Shown: positions 48,216 to 64,000 of the stretch, piece by piece
Layout: each line of letters opens with the position of its first letter
Position numbering within the stretch: the stretch's first letter is position 1
From: the human T2T-CHM13v2.0 reference genome, Homo sapiens
Strand: one strand, 5' to 3'
NCBI RefSeq assembly: GCF_009914755.1
Contig: NC_060925.1
DNA length: 64,000 nt
Translations under genes and position numbers: made by a program
Notes under the pieces: model-generated
What the model was told of the DNA's origin: nothing
Seen by the model: the letters and a program-made list of their open reading frames with translations, nothing else
Database searches by the model: none

Positions 48216-49003
48216 AATATTATATAGAAATGAAAATACTGCAACTTACAAAAACATGAATTTCACAAACATGCTAAGCCAAAAAAATCAGACACGAACA
48301 AATATATATTGCATTTCATTCCCTTCATATACGAAGTACGAAGACAGACATAACTAATCTGTGATGGCAGAGCTCACAGCAGTAGTTACGCAGTTAGTGG
48401 CTAGGAGAGGGCACGAGGGTAACCTCTGGAGTGCACACATTTTATTTCTTGATACCAGAAGTTAGACAGATGTGTTCACTATATGAAAATTCACTGAGCT
48501 TTCTATTTAGAATGTTCTTTCATGAATATATATTAGACTTCAATTAAGTCTAATTTATGAAATTAAAAATTAACATCTTTCTAAAATTAAAAGTCTAATT
48601 CGCAAATGCTAAAATTTACATACACATATACACATTAACACGTATGCACATGAAGTATCTCTGGAAAGATACAAGAAGCTGGCAACAATTGTTGCCTCTG
48701 AGGAGGAGAACCCTAAAACAACTTATACCAAAAAGTAAGAAAGTGCTCAAAGAATGTGAAAGACACGCGAAACTCAGCCTGAAAGGACAGACCTGCTGGA
48801 CTAGTTCTGCTAGAACAACTTGAGAATCAACACATAATGTTAGTAATAGAGTAGAAACTACAAAGAAAACCAGAAATCGTGCATCCTTGCTGATATAGGT
48901 AAATGAATAAAGTGAATAGTTGCTAAATAACCGGACACTTTCAGAGTCACAGGGCACCTTTCCATAAAATATTAACTGATAACAAAGGATGAAAAAAGTA
49001 ACC

Positions 49004-49157
49004 TTTTTTTTTTTTTTTTTAAAGACACTGTTTTGCTGTTGTCCAGGCTGGAGTGCACTGGTGCAATCACAGTTCACTGCAGCCTCAACATCCCACTCTC
49101 AGACTCCCAAGTAGCTAGGACTACAGGCCTGTGCCACCACACCTGGCTAATTTAATA

Positions 49158-49194
<37 letters not shown>

Positions 49195-49311
49195 GGCAGA
49201 GACAGTGTCTCACTATGTTGCCCAGGCTGGTCGCTAACTGCTGGCTCAAGCAATCCCCCAACCTCGGCCTCCAAAAGTGCTGGGATTAGACTTGGGCCAT
49301 TGTGCCCACCT
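49004..49311 (-). mobile_element. AluJ with (AT)n(T)n expanded linker
   Basis: Alu arms flanking an atatat repeat at 49155-49180. Confidence 0.88.
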
Positions 49312-50507
49312 CAAAGAAATAACTTTATAATTAACTTTTGGGCCTTGTAAACCCAATCTTAAGTGATCAAAGTGAATGCCAGTAACAGAAGGAACCAAAA
49401 TTGTGCCCTACTTGGCAGGGTACAAGGAAAAGATCCCAAACCTGAATCTAATAATGAAGAAATACGATACAAATGAAAACTGAGAAACATTCTACAATGT
49501 AACTGAACTGCAATATTCAAAAGTGTCAAGGTCATGAAAATCAGGGGAAGACTGAAGAACTGTTCTAAAATGAAGAGGATTAAAGAAACATAACTAAGTA
49601 TATAACCTATAATTCTGATTAGATCCATTCCCTACACAGGGCATTGAAACAAAAGCCAAAATGTGTACAGGGTCTGAGGATTAGACAGTAATAATGTTAT
49701 TAATGTTAATTTTTAGGTTTGATTGTTGACTTGAGGGCTACATCAGAAAATGTCCTTGTAAGAAACACACATCCATTATGTATCAGTGTGTAAAGGGGTA
49801 TTTATTTGGCAACTTATTCTCCAGTGGTTCTAGGGAAAAAAAAAAAAAGTTCTCTGTGTTGTACCTGCACCTTTTCTATAGGCATGGGGTGGGTTAGATA
49901 AAAGACTGGAGAAATAAATTTTAGTGCCAATTATAAAAATATGTAACCATAGGCAGTGGTCACTAAAAGCCATTTTGACAAACAATCAGAGTTAAAACTC
50001 AGTAAATAAGAAGAAAGTTACATGTAACTGTAAGGATAAAAGCATGTTAATGCCAGCCAGTTAAAAATTAGTTTCAGGAATTTAGTCCATAATAAAGATT
50101 AAATTACAGAATAGCAGGGAAAGATGAACTATTTAATGAGTTTGTAGAGATTCCTAGAAAGTCATCTAAAAAAAATTAAGTTGTATCTATACCTCATACT
50201 GTATGATTCAAAATGATCTGAAATGAGTCTAAATGGGTCAAAGATTGAAATGTAAAGAATAAAACCATAATAAAAAAATGCAAATTAAACTTATATGAAG
50301 AATATATTGCTCATACTGGCAAATATCCAAGTTGATAACACTCTGCTGGCCAGGTTATGGGAAAAGGGTTGTCATTATGTTTTACAGAAACATAAGCTGG
50401 CACAATTGTGTTATAGAAAGAGTAACTGGGCAACATCTACCAAAATTACAAACATATTCATCTGTTTCTCCAGCACTTATTGAAATTTATTCTAAAGATA
50501 CATTTGT

Positions 50508-50840
<333 letters not shown>

Positions 50841-51431
50841 TTAAATTATATAAATGTATTACCTATTCAAAAACTATTTTTAAAAACTCACAGGGTGTTT
50901 GTTTATGTCATAGGCCTTTGCTCTCTCTCTCTCCCCTCTCTTTCTATCCTAGTATATTGCTGCTCTTTCTTTTTTATGTAGCTAGCCTTCCAGTGGATAG
51001 ATGGTGTCTGACCAACAGAATTGGAACCTGCATCAGCCATATACTGTTAAGAGAATAAAACGGAACAGAAACAAGCCTGTATAATTACAGTTGGTCATGC
51101 CAACAGTCTGGTGACCAATCTTTTACACTTAAAACTTAAAGAAGTTACACGTTTTCAACTGCCTGTAGAAGAAAATCACATACTCCTTGGCCCCCCATAC
51201 TCATCATGCTGACACAGATCACTTGAGCTTAAAAATGCTCACAATGTTTCTGAAAGTGAATAGGCACAGAGCCTTCAAATATGAGATCTAGAGTATCTCA
51301 CTGAATATAAGATATTCCACTCAATGCTACCTTATAAAACAAGCCCTAGAATCAAAATAGCTTATCACTACATCTTATTCATTGTGAGATATACCGCTGA
51401 GGCTGGACATGCACTTTAAAAGGGAAAGAGG

Positions 51432-51859
<428 letters not shown>

Positions 51860-53338
51860 TTATGTCTTTCCAAGAAGACTATTTGGCAGCAAAGTGCTGA
51901 CAAAGTATTGATGGCAGACCTCCTTACACAAAGCCTATTAGCATTTCTATTGCTGCACTGCACACTCTGGTATTATAAATCACACACACTCAGCATCATG
52001 CCCAATAATCAAACAGTTACCTAACAACTAAGGGTATTACAAACGCATTGAACTAATCTTTGAATATATGCTGATAATTAAATTCCATTATGGTTTCTAA
52101 CTTTAAACCTAAAGGCAGGCAACACTGAAATCAAGTGTCATCCACTGTGCCCTCACATATGCCATGAAATGTCATTTATATTATATAGTTCACTTCCAAT
52201 TACTGAATACACCAGCCAGAGCATCTATCACTAATATTAAAACAAGCAGAACCCAGCAGTAGAGCAGTGGAAGGCATCACATGGTTTAAATGGATTTCTC
52301 ACCTTTCAAGTGTCAAGGGGTCTTTCCAAGAACATCTCACTTAGGGGGTTGTTGGCCTTTTAACAAAGGAAGCTGCTCCAGTTGAAAGAAACATTCAAAA
52401 GACAAGACATGCTGTAAAGCACAGCTCAGAGCTAGAGACATCTGCCCCTTGTGTTAAAACACAAAACAGTAAAAGATCCTTTATATGAAAAATAAATACA
52501 TGTAAAAATTGAGCTTTTGTCAAGGTTACTAACAAAGAAGTTATGTTAATATCTAAGGAGCCCTTGTTTAGGCACATGCCCCACAGAAATTAGGGAGCCC
52601 TCCTGTCCAGAAGATCTATTAATTTCCCAGTTTTTAAGACCAAAGAAATGTTTCTTGAAATCCTTGCTTGGAGCCCCAAAGTTAAAGCAGCCATCAAGCA
52701 CAAAGCTATGCCCCACTGTGTTCCGCTGTCTGTGTCCATGTCTGTTACTCACGCAGAACCACCACGATTAGCACAAGTTAAATTTCATGGCTACGTAGAA
52801 ATGCACATTCCAGCTCTCTGCCTACTACCATCACATGATGATCTTTAAAACAAGAATCAAGAAAACGTTCCTAATCCTGTGTTCAGAAAAGCTTTTACTG
52901 TCAAAAGAAAACTTCAATAGCTGACTCTTGGTAATTAACACATAATAGAGCCACCACTAACCTATTAACAATATTACCGTATTCTATAATTGGAGGGTAA
53001 AAATTAGCTATAGAGGGAATTGTAGGAAATCATTTTCTAGCTCTACCATCAATGTTATGTCAGATAGGCTAACAAGAAAAACTGTTAGAGTTCTAAATGG
53101 CAGTAAATAATTATTGGAACATAAAATGAAACAACGCCCAAGAAAATTCAATCTGACCACACAGAAGAAAAGATAGTGGAACCAGGCCTAGGGAATTTAT
53201 AGAGACTACTGCCTCTGCATTAATAAAGAAATCATTATCTGGTAACTATAACTCAAATCAGGCTCTAGAACAATGGTTCTTAACTTTTGCTACAACTACC
53301 CCATCTGAAATCTGCATGCCATGCAAACTACTGCCTAA

Positions 53339-53645
53339 GGCGGGGCACAGTGGCTCACGCCTGTAATCCCAACACTCTGGGAGGCCAAGGCAGGTGGCTC
53401 ACCGGAGGTCAGGAGTTCGAGACCGGCCTGGCCAACATGGTAAAACCCCGTCTCTACTAAAAATACAAAAATTAGTTGGGCGTGGTGGCGCATGCCTGTA
53501 ATCCCAGCTACATGGGAGGCTGAGACAGGAGAACTGCTTGACCCTGGGAGGTGGAGGTTGCAGTGAACTGAGATCGCGTCTGGGATCCAGCCTGGGAGAG
53601 AGAGAGCAAGACTCCATCTCAAAAAAGACAAAAAGAAAAAACACA
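53339..53645 (+). mobile_element. AluSx-like
   Basis: Full dimer. Confidence 0.92.
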
Positions 53646-54319
53646 AGATAAAGGATGCTTAAAACCTAACCAAGTATCAACAGTAAAATCGAAGGACACT
53701 TAGAAAATTAACTGACATTATAGACAACGTCAAGTAATTTGACATCATCTCTTCTTTGAAATTCACCATCCCATCATGTGAGCCTATGTATACAGCTCCT
53801 AGTAGCGGATAAAGTAGGCAAACTTACATGAAGAAAGAATTCCATTACTATAAGCTATCATTAAACAACTTAAATATCTAGAGAAAATTCATGAATAATA
53901 ACTGAGGTGATTCAGAGTCCACAGCATAACCAGTTTAATTGCATTTACCACATAACTGGTCCATATACACTGGAACTCTGAACGTGCTAGACGAGTGAAA
54001 GCAAATGTGAAAGCTTTTATTTCAGTTCTAATGTACTGCATAATAAAATTTAAAAACACACACAACTAAAATGTGGATTAAATCCAAAAACTATAATTTC
54101 ATTAAATTGCATTATAAGATTTTCACTTACTAAAATACAGAAAATGTTTTCTAATATGCATTGGACTTTTTTAGTTATACTTTACATGTGAAATGCAGAG
54201 ATTTTTAGATACACTATTTAGTTTTTATAAAGGCTCAACTCAAAACAGTTCTATCACTCCAGAAAGTTCTCTCAAGCACTTTCCCAGTCAATCCTCACCC
54301 TACCCATAGAAAACCTCGA

Positions 54320-54617
54320 TCTAGCTAGCTAGCTAGCTATTTTTGGAGACAGGGTCTCACTGTGTCGCTCAGACTGGAGTACAGTGTGGTGTGATCTCGG
54401 CTCACTGCAAGCTCCACCTCCCAGGCTCAAGTGATCCTCCCACTTGAGTCGTGTGCCACCATGCTCAGCTAATTTTTTTATTTTTGTTTTTGTAGAGAAG
54501 AGGTGTCATTTCACTATGTTGCCAAGACTGATCTCGAATTCCTGGGCTCAAGGGATCCTCCTCCCATCTCAGGCTCCCAAAGTGCTGGGATTACAGGTGT
54601 GAGCAACCAGATCCTGC
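54320..54617 (-). mobile_element. AluJ with internal deletion and (CTAG)n tail region
   Basis: Alu arms with ctagctagctagctagct at the tail. Confidence 0.85.
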
Positions 54618-54619
54618 TA

Positions 54620-55360
54620 CTACTCTGATTTCCATCACAGATTAATCATAGGGCAGATTCATATTTAACTTTTTAAGAAATTGTCAAACTATTCAAGTGG
54701 TTGTACCATCTTCATTGCCACCAACAATGTATGAGAACTTGCATTCCTGACAACCTTGCTAACATTCAGGGTTATCCATCTCTTCAATTTAGCCATTCTA
54801 GAGGCTGTTTTGGGGATCTTATTGTGACTTAATTTGCATTTCCCTGATGACCAATAATGATGGGCACTTTTTCATGGGCTTATCTGCCATTAATGTGTCT
54901 CTGTTTAAGACTCTGTCAATTTTAAAACACTGATTTGGTCTTATCCTATAAGAGTGTTGTTTGTTGGAAGGTATTTTTTTAAATGTATTCTGCATCCAAT
55001 TGCTTTCTCAGACATATGAGTGACAAATATTTTCTTACAGTCTGAAGCTGCCCTATTTTCATAACAATGTCTTTTGATGAATTCCAATTTTTTTCATTTG
55101 TGGTTAGTACTTTCTATCCCCTCATTAAGAAATCATTGCCTAAATGAAAGTAAACACACTCTCCTGATTTCTTCTACAAGTTTTTATAGGTTTGAGATTA
55201 TATTTAGATCAATGATCCATCTCAAATTAATGTATGGTATGAGGTTGGGTTATATCCTGTTTTTCACATAGGGATTATCCAGTTGTTCCAGCCCATTTAT
55301 TGAAAAGATTTTTTTCCCACTGAAAATAATTTGATCATATATGTGTGGATTCATTTAATT
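54620..55360 (-). mobile_element. L1M ORF2/3' fragment
   Basis: aagtggttgtaccat...ccaccaacaatgtatgaga; ttaatttgcatttccctgatgac. Confidence 0.8.
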
Positions 55361-55814
55361 TTGCATTCAAGAGATATAAAGCACATCTCAGTCCACAGGA
55401 TCACTGGCATTTTAATCTTACTTTGTATAGTATTACCAATATTGGAAAGCATCATTTCCTAATATTAATATACCTCATATTTACATGAAACAAAATATTG
55501 GTGTAATAGGTACATAGAGATTTTTTTTCCATTTGAGTTATGCAATTACACTTCTTAAATATATTATTATTTAATATGTATGCATATACACTGGAACTGT
55601 TGTGACACTTTTAATGGCTAATGTTCATGTTTATAAAATATGTAAATTTTCAGCTATTAATATAATTGCTTGCTGGTATATAATATCAGATAAAATGTAT
55701 ATAACAAAAATAATCATATAAAATAACACCGTTTCCTCAAATCTCCAACCTCAGCTACCACACAGTTGCTCCTCTGGTTCAATGTAAAATTTTCCTCAAA
55801 AGTTAATATATTTT

Positions 55815-56356
<542 letters not shown>

Positions 56357-57892
56357 CACACACACATACACCCTGAAATCTCTAACACTGATACCGGGCA
56401 GGGGTAGTGGTCACGGTATAGAGAACAGCATATTCTCACCATCAAAGGTGAAATTTCACAGGCCAATTAGGGTACTGATTTAAGATGACAGGACCAGGGT
56501 CTCTTTTACATAGATCTGAGCCTGGCCTAGGAAAAATCCTAGAAAAAACTTACATGCTTGTACCTCTGACACAGACTAGATCATATCAATGGGGGTTGGG
56601 GACAAAAGCCAACTAGCAAAGGATAAAACGATTCCTCTGTCTGATCTTGTCTTCAGTATCTATTTCTCCCTCATGGTTTACACAGGAATGGTGGCAGCCA
56701 TGAGAGATAATGGGTTAAGATTTAAGAACTCAAGTGTCTGCGGTCCTGGGGCTTAGTAAAACTCTGGTTCAATAAAAACTAACATACTAGAAGTACTAGA
56801 AGGATGGTAGCATTGGCAGCATAGTTTACAAATGTCCCTTAATCCCCACACAAAAACAGATTAGAGAGTCAAAGCAAATTCCTGCTGACACACAACAAAA
56901 TTCAGAAATAAGGCATCTCTACAAACCGCAAAATATAAGCAGGTTGGAAGGGATAAACTACCATCAGCCATAAGATCTCTGGATATGAGCATCTGCACGA
57001 GAGAAAACAGAATCAATCAATGAGATATGGGATACAGCTAAGATCAGGAGGACCGTAAAATAGCTACCAGGCAATGAGGAAGGCCAATGTGTGAAGAGCA
57101 GCTGAAGCCTGGTGGGGTTGCCCATGCCGACAGCAGGTCAGAACCCCCAGAGACCTTGCAGGGCTAAAGGGGCTGAAGTCATCTAGACACTTTTGAACTC
57201 TTCAAAACTGGCCCACCATAGCTCCCTGCCGGCACAAGGAGCCAAGGCAGGGGAGAAACTACCAGTAATGGAATATAAATTCTGCAAAAAATACAAAATA
57301 ATTTAAATTAATTAAATAATTTAAATAAATTAAAGAAAAAAGAAGATCCAAATGAAAGTGAAGGAGAGGAACAGAGTCAGAAAATCACAGCAAGCTGCCA
57401 TTTTTTTAACACTGCATAAAAACAACAGAAGGGGGAGCTCCGTAAAGTTAAAAATTCAGGAAAATTAAATTCGCATAAAAACAAGCAAAAGCAAAGTACA
57501 TTATACAAACCTCATATAATGTTACTATTTTAAAAAGAGAATACAGAACAGAATAACACCCCTATAGACAAGGACAGTACAACAACTGGGCTCATAAAAA
57601 ACAAAAAACTATAATGTACTACTTCAAAACATGCTAAAGATATTATTAAATAAATTATACCAGATATTAGACAGTAACAAAAATCAGAAACAAGAAAATT
57701 CAGAAATGAAGTGACAGACATAAATAATTTCAAAAATTAAGACTAAACCCGAAGCAATATAAAAGTGAGTGAACACAGCTGGCAATGTCTTAAGAAAAAG
57801 AGAAGTCAGAAAGAAATAAACATTTAAAAGTCAAAAGAAATAAAAAATATGAAAAGGACTAAGGAGAAAGTAACAAATATTAAAAATAGGCA

Positions 57893-58168
57893 CTGGGCAT
57901 GGTGACTTACACCTGTAATCCCAATGCTTTGGGAGGCTCAGGCAGGAGGACAGGAGTTCGAGACCAGCCTTGGCAGCAGAGCAAGACCCTATCTCAACGA
58001 AAAATAAAAAAAAATTATCTGGGCATGATGGTGTAGGCCTGTAGTCCCAGCTACTAGGGAGTATGAGGCAGGAAAATCACATAAGCACAGGAATTTGAGG
58101 TTACAGTGAGCTATGATCCTGCCACGGTATTCCAGCCTGGGTGACAGAATGAGAAACCCTGTCTCAAA
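57893..58168 (+). mobile_element. AluJ
   Basis: Diverged dimer with short tail. Confidence 0.88.
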
Positions 58169-58484
58169 GGAATCCATTAGAGAACAAACTTCAGACCACA
58201 AACAAAAATGACTACAGAGACAGCTACATAAGGACTAGTGGTGAAGATGAAGTATATAGTGACTTGAAGAACTAAGACTAAATGAGGGTTAAAAAGACTA
58301 TAGTGTGTAATCTAAAAATGCAGACATTCTATTATCATTTAACACACAGAAGGAGAAAAGGGAGAGTGCAAACAAAAATTTTTTATTTTACTGTTTCCAG
58401 AAATCATAATTGGTGGTGTCAGTACTAGTATTGTTACTCTGAAACTACTGTATAGGTAGATGAGATAAAGAAGTAATTATGAGT

Positions 58485-58780
58485 CCAGGCCCAGTGGCTC
58501 ACCCTTGTAATCCCAGCACTTAAGGAGGCCAAGGCGGGTGGATCACTTTAGTCAGGAGTCCAAGACCAGCTTGGCCAACGTGGTGAAACCCCGTCTCTAC
58601 TAAAAGTACAAAAAAATTAGCCAGGTGTGGTGGCATATGCCTGTGGTCCCAGCTACTGGGAGGCTGAGGTAGGAGGATCACTTGAACCAGGGAGGCAAGG
58701 TTGCAGTGAGCCAAGATCATGCCACTGCACTCCAGCCTGGGCAACGGAGCAAGACTCCATCTCAAAAAAAAAAAAAAAAA
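58485..58780 (+). mobile_element. AluS
   Basis: Full dimer; TSD aagaagtaatta(t/c)g. Confidence 0.92.
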
Positions 58781-60809
58781 GAAGTAATTACGGGATAGTC
58801 TAATTCTGTCACCCCTTGTGTCCTTGAGAACCAGAAATCTGTCTGAAAGAAAAGAGATAGAGATGGAAATAGCTGACGTTAAATAAAAACTCTGTAATCC
58901 TGGATTTAAATGAGACAGCGTGTTGTATCAGTATAAATTGTAAGACATCATATATAATATTTCCCAGCTCTGTCCACTCCAATTATAGATATTTTAACAT
59001 CATTAGTATATAAATCAAGAGGCCCAGAAATAATAAACAGCCCAGCAGCAATGAGACTCAAATGTTCTAGATTATGCTCTTGCGATAACATCTCTCACTA
59101 AAAGAAACCAGGGATTTGAGAAGAGATGCTAATTATGTGTCTGCTGCAAGACATGTACAAGATGAGGATGGAACACCTTGGCATAGAGATAGTAAGGAAA
59201 CTATCAAAGATTCCCAGGATCATGTCAGAAGGACTCAGGAGCCAATAAGAGGTTCCTACTAACCAAAAATGGGACAATCTGGCTTCAATAAGGATTAGGA
59301 ATTGCAATTAGCTGAAATCCATCAAATAGGTTTAAGAATACTCCAATGTATTATTTGAAAACTGGGTAAATAAACAGAAGCAACCAAACCTTTATTCTGT
59401 CTTTCCTATATAAATTGTGCAACTGGGTAACAAGACAGTAGATGACAGACAACACTACCATATAAAATTATTCTAGCTAATAAATGAAACTGAAATCATA
59501 TAATTAAAATCTTACAATTTTGAAAATCTCAAGGAATTAATGGATACAGGCTAACAAAAATCAGACATTATACACTTCCTGATAAAAATATCCTACACCA
59601 CCTGTAATCTTGCCCAAATGGAACAGACCTGAGTCTCATCAAACCTCTGGATCCAGCTACTAATACACAAGAAATGCAGGGGTCAGAGGCACATCTTTAA
59701 CTGTACTACACAATCAATAAAATCCAGATTGCAGTAGATTATCTAGGTCAAATGACTTGGAATCAACAACAAACAAAATTTAGGAAAGTAAAGCAACGCA
59801 GCGAGAGATCTGCAGAGTATTTTATAATAGATTCAGAAGACATATCATATGCATAACTAAACTATAGTGTACAGACATCTACACCTGGGTGACAAAACTA
59901 TAATGGAATATAATTACTGTATATCAAGATAGTGATGAATTCCTTAGGGAAAGAAGGAATTGTCATTGCAGAGGACCTCGAAGATGGCTGGCCACGTCCT
60001 GTTTCTTGACCTGGGAGGTAATTACACATTATAATTCATTAAGCTATACATATGTTTTGTGTGGCTGTATGTATCTGTGTTTTATTCTACAATCAAAAGG
60101 ATTTTAAAAAGAAAACACTAATAGCACAGCTCACCTGTATTCTGCTTAGAAAAATGCATCAACTAAAGCTATGGCAACCACAGAAAGAAACTCAGGAGAA
60201 GGGAAGCGAATCTAAAAGACAAGTCCCATCAGGATAAAGGTGAACTTCCTGACTCAGACAGACTTCAGCTGGAGACCAGATGCCACAGATGCACTATATG
60301 AGCAGATAAAAGATGGATTTTAACCAATGCTCACAAACTTAAACATTCCATAATTATGTGGTTTCTAGCTGAAAGACAAAATAGCATCCAAACCAAAAGA
60401 ACTAAATTAGAAAATGTATGTAAGAAAATAGAAACACAATATGAGAAAGCAGCTGGAATTGTCACAGGATCCCACAAAAGGAAGAATAGCTGCTTAACAC
60501 ATAATAGATAATCCCTTCCCAGTCTGGAGTGATCAGAATGACATCCTTGGATTAAGAATGCAGCCCAGGAAACTAAAATTTAAGAATAATTCGGAAATAT
60601 AAAAAGCAAAAAACATTTATGGGAGAACTTGCATTAACTCATAATAAATGCCACAGACATAAAGCTTCTGATAGAACAAGCCCCTTCCCAGCCTCTAGGT
60701 CTGAAAAGCCTTAAAGGAGTCCTCATTTCCCTCCTCTTTCACACATCAAACAGCAAGTCGAAAACCAGGAAGTCTTCAATTGTCCTCTATAGAAAATTAC
60801 ATAGGAAAA

Positions 60810-61860
60810 GTTTAAGCACAGGCTTTAAAATTATGGAGACTTGGGTTCGAAATCTGGCTCTCATACTATGTGACATTAGGAAAATTACTGAACATCTCTG
60901 AGCCTCTATTCCCAATCTGCAAAACCAGAATCATTTCCATTGACCCTTACAAGGGAACACTACAAGGAGTTCCTTCCAGCCCCAGTGCATCTAATAATTA
61001 CCTCAAATTATTCCACTGAATTCTAACTGTTCCCTATCTACAATACAAATCACTGACAGCAAAGACACATTTTTGTTGCAAAGCAGATAAACACTGCTTG
61101 TTAACTTCACATCCCTCCCCTCCACCACTAACTCTAACAGCATTCTGGGTCAGACCCCTCATACAGTTCATGTGAACTGTCTCAGTAGCTTCCCAATTTG
61201 CTCTATCTCTAATCTTTCTTAAAGAGGAATTCTGATCACATACTCATCTGCTAAAACACGATCTTGGCTCCCCAGTGACCAACAAATAAAATCTAGTTTC
61301 TCAGCTTTCAGAGCTCAGCACACCTTTCCAGTTCTATCCCCCACCACTCTCTTTACCAAACCAAGCTGGACTCCAACATTCAACAAAAATATTCTGCCTC
61401 TATTCTTTGTCTAAAAAGTTTTTCTATTCTCCAGTCAAATTCTTTCCAACCTTGTGAGTCCCACCTTAAAAGCTCCTACTTTGACTAAGTCCTTCCCTCA
61501 GAAACCACTCTCACACTTCCCCAAGCTCTGTTCTCTGCAGGGTATGTTGGGACCCTGAAAGACATGTTTCATTAGTGTTACTCGCTTTGAAACACTCTGT
61601 GTGCAGATGCCGTATCTTACTCATATTCTTACATTCAACAAACACACATTAAGTTCCCACTATGTGCCATGCACTGTAAAGCCTGAAGCCACAGCAGTAA
61701 ACAAAACAAGCAGATGTCTCTCCCTTCATGGAGCTGGCCATTCTTGATAGGCAGACTAATTCATTTCTTTTCCCTCCTGCGCAATGGACTGTTCTTCATG
61801 CAGTATTTATTTAATAAATGCTGGCTGAATTTAATAAAAACATTTCAAAAGACCAATTAA
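60810..61860. mobile_element. MIR and L2 fragments
   Basis: ttgggttcgaaatctggctct...ctctgagcctc (MIR); cattcaacaaa...cactatgtgcca and aataaatgctggctgaat (L2). Confidence 0.6.
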
Positions 61861-62459
61861 CACAATGGGGAAATTTAAAGTAAATCATTGAAAACTCTCA
61901 TTTATATTCTAATCTGCAAATTTAACATATTCTAGCAGGCCTTCTCTTTTTCAGAAACACGTCTGACTTTTTAAATTCATCAAAAGTCCCTCAAAGTGCC
62001 TGGGCTGGAGAAGTCCCAAGGCCTACCCTTCCCAAACCCCTCATCGAAGGGTCGTCGCCTCGTCCAGTCTCTCTGGGTGGCCATGCTTGGTTTTATGTAA
62101 CTCTGGCCTAGGGCATCCCACTGACTCTATGAGGAGTGACCCCCTGACCCAAAAGGCAGCCAAATCTTGAGCAGACAAAAACACATACATTACAGGATAA
62201 AAAGATAAGCTGGCCCAAATTCTGTCAGTAACTTGAAATAATGGTAACTAAGTAATATCAGGAAAGAAGAAATAAGGATGCAAGATGCCAAACAAAATCT
62301 TTATGAAATACTTTTGATCATGAACTTATCTGCTAAATCATCCCTCAAGTAGAAACAGGAGCCCAGAGCTTCTCTCACAGAACCTCCCTTTGGACATCTT
62401 CCATAGTGATCCCCCAAAATGTACCACCTTAAAACATGGCTTAAGAAACTACTGACTGA

Positions 62460-63155
<696 letters not shown>

Positions 63156-63262
63156 TTATGCATTCATTTGGCGCCCTATTTATTGAATATCTAACTAAGT
63201 GCTAGGTCCTGTGATAGTCACAGAATAAGACAGATTAGGTCTTGCTCTCAAATTTATTTTAT

Positions 63263-63758
63263 TGGAGAAAGGCAAACAAGAGTTTGCCCCCTAGTTCCTC
63301 CCACTTTCTTTCTTTGTGCTGAGAAACACAGGGTGCCTTCACAGTTCTGTGACCTGGACAGCTGCAAGTTTTGCCTTGAAGGCTTGAGCCCAAGCTGAGG
63401 GCTTAGCCATTCCCAGGCACTGCTGAAATACTGCAAGACCAAATGTGGCAAAACTCACAGAAACTGGTTCCGACCACGAATCGAATTCCTCAAACCCTCA
63501 TATAAACTCTATAACCTGACCCCTCCTCATAGACACATCTAGGTAGAACATCTCTTGTCTCAATGTCTATCGCAAGTGTGGTACAGCCCTCTGTGTGTAA
63601 GTTCCCCTAATAAATGCTTTTTTTGCCCTGCTGTTTAGTGCTTCTTTCTTTGGAATCCTAATCAGCACCACCTCAGGACTAAGTCAGTCCCTTGCAGGAA
63701 CACTCCTACCACCATTGCTTTTGGGGTAAATCCATCTGAGAGCCGGCCAGACAGAACA
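63263..63758 (+). mobile_element. ERVL-class solo LTR (MER54/MER73-like) within an L2 remnant
   Basis: TG...CA ends, cattcccaggcactg, aaaccctcatataaactc (TATA-like), ctaataaatgc (polyA signal). Confidence 0.6.
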
Positions 63759-64000
63759 AGTAAACAAACCAACAAGGTAATTTCAGATGATAATCAGTGC
63801 CATAAAAACAATAAAGATATGAAAACTGAGCAGTATCTTAGAAAATGACTAAGAAGGAAAAGGGGTGGGGCCTGAATAAAATGGTAAGAAAAACCTCCCA
63901 GAATAGGTGCCATTCGAACACCTGACAAAAAATGAGTCAACCACTCAGGGATACAGCACAAAGCCATCAAATCAAAAAGAGTCCACAATCCACACTCAAC

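Larger units (their letters stand above)
56790..60110 (+). mobile_element. Old L1M fragments (5'/ORF1-like and L1MD-type 3' region) interrupted by Alus
   Basis: A-rich ORF1-like tract; ttcccagctctgtccact; cctgtttcttgacctgggaggtaattacac 3' end. Confidence 0.55.

Noticed and set aside
59740-59750. RORE-like tatctaggtca
   Set aside because: Single short motif inside an old L1 fragment; expected by chance

Overview
Human genomic DNA (a near-consensus human-specific AluYb8 is present) lying entirely inside the RERE gene (atrophin-2, 1p36), which is transcribed on the minus strand. Only three short coding exons are present (31129-31024, 30177-30081, 14923-14819; 106+97+105 nt, all GT-AG). They encode the C-terminal part of the RERE BAH domain. 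The rest is intron: about 40 Alu elements or monomers, old L1M, L2 and MIR fragments, MLT2/MST/MLT1/MER54-like LTRs, Tigger/MER DNA-transposon fossils, two minisatellites and several microsatellites. No other ORF in the supplied track is supported as a gene. The best leads are: (1) two perfect DR5 retinoic-acid response elements about 680 bp apart inside a gene that is itself a retinoic-acid co-regulator; (2) the three exons form a 308-nt back-splice unit flanked by oppositely oriented Alus, and its circular ORF (103 aa) ends at a TGA overlapping its own ATG; (3) an E-box-rich 18-unit minisatellite and a TAATCC-bearing 35-bp VNTR that starts in an Alu TSD; (4) an ETS/AP-1 composite element; (5) candidate poison exons; (6) unusual Alu architectures. 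Repeat subfamily names and boundaries were assigned by eye and are approximate. All functional claims are untested inference.
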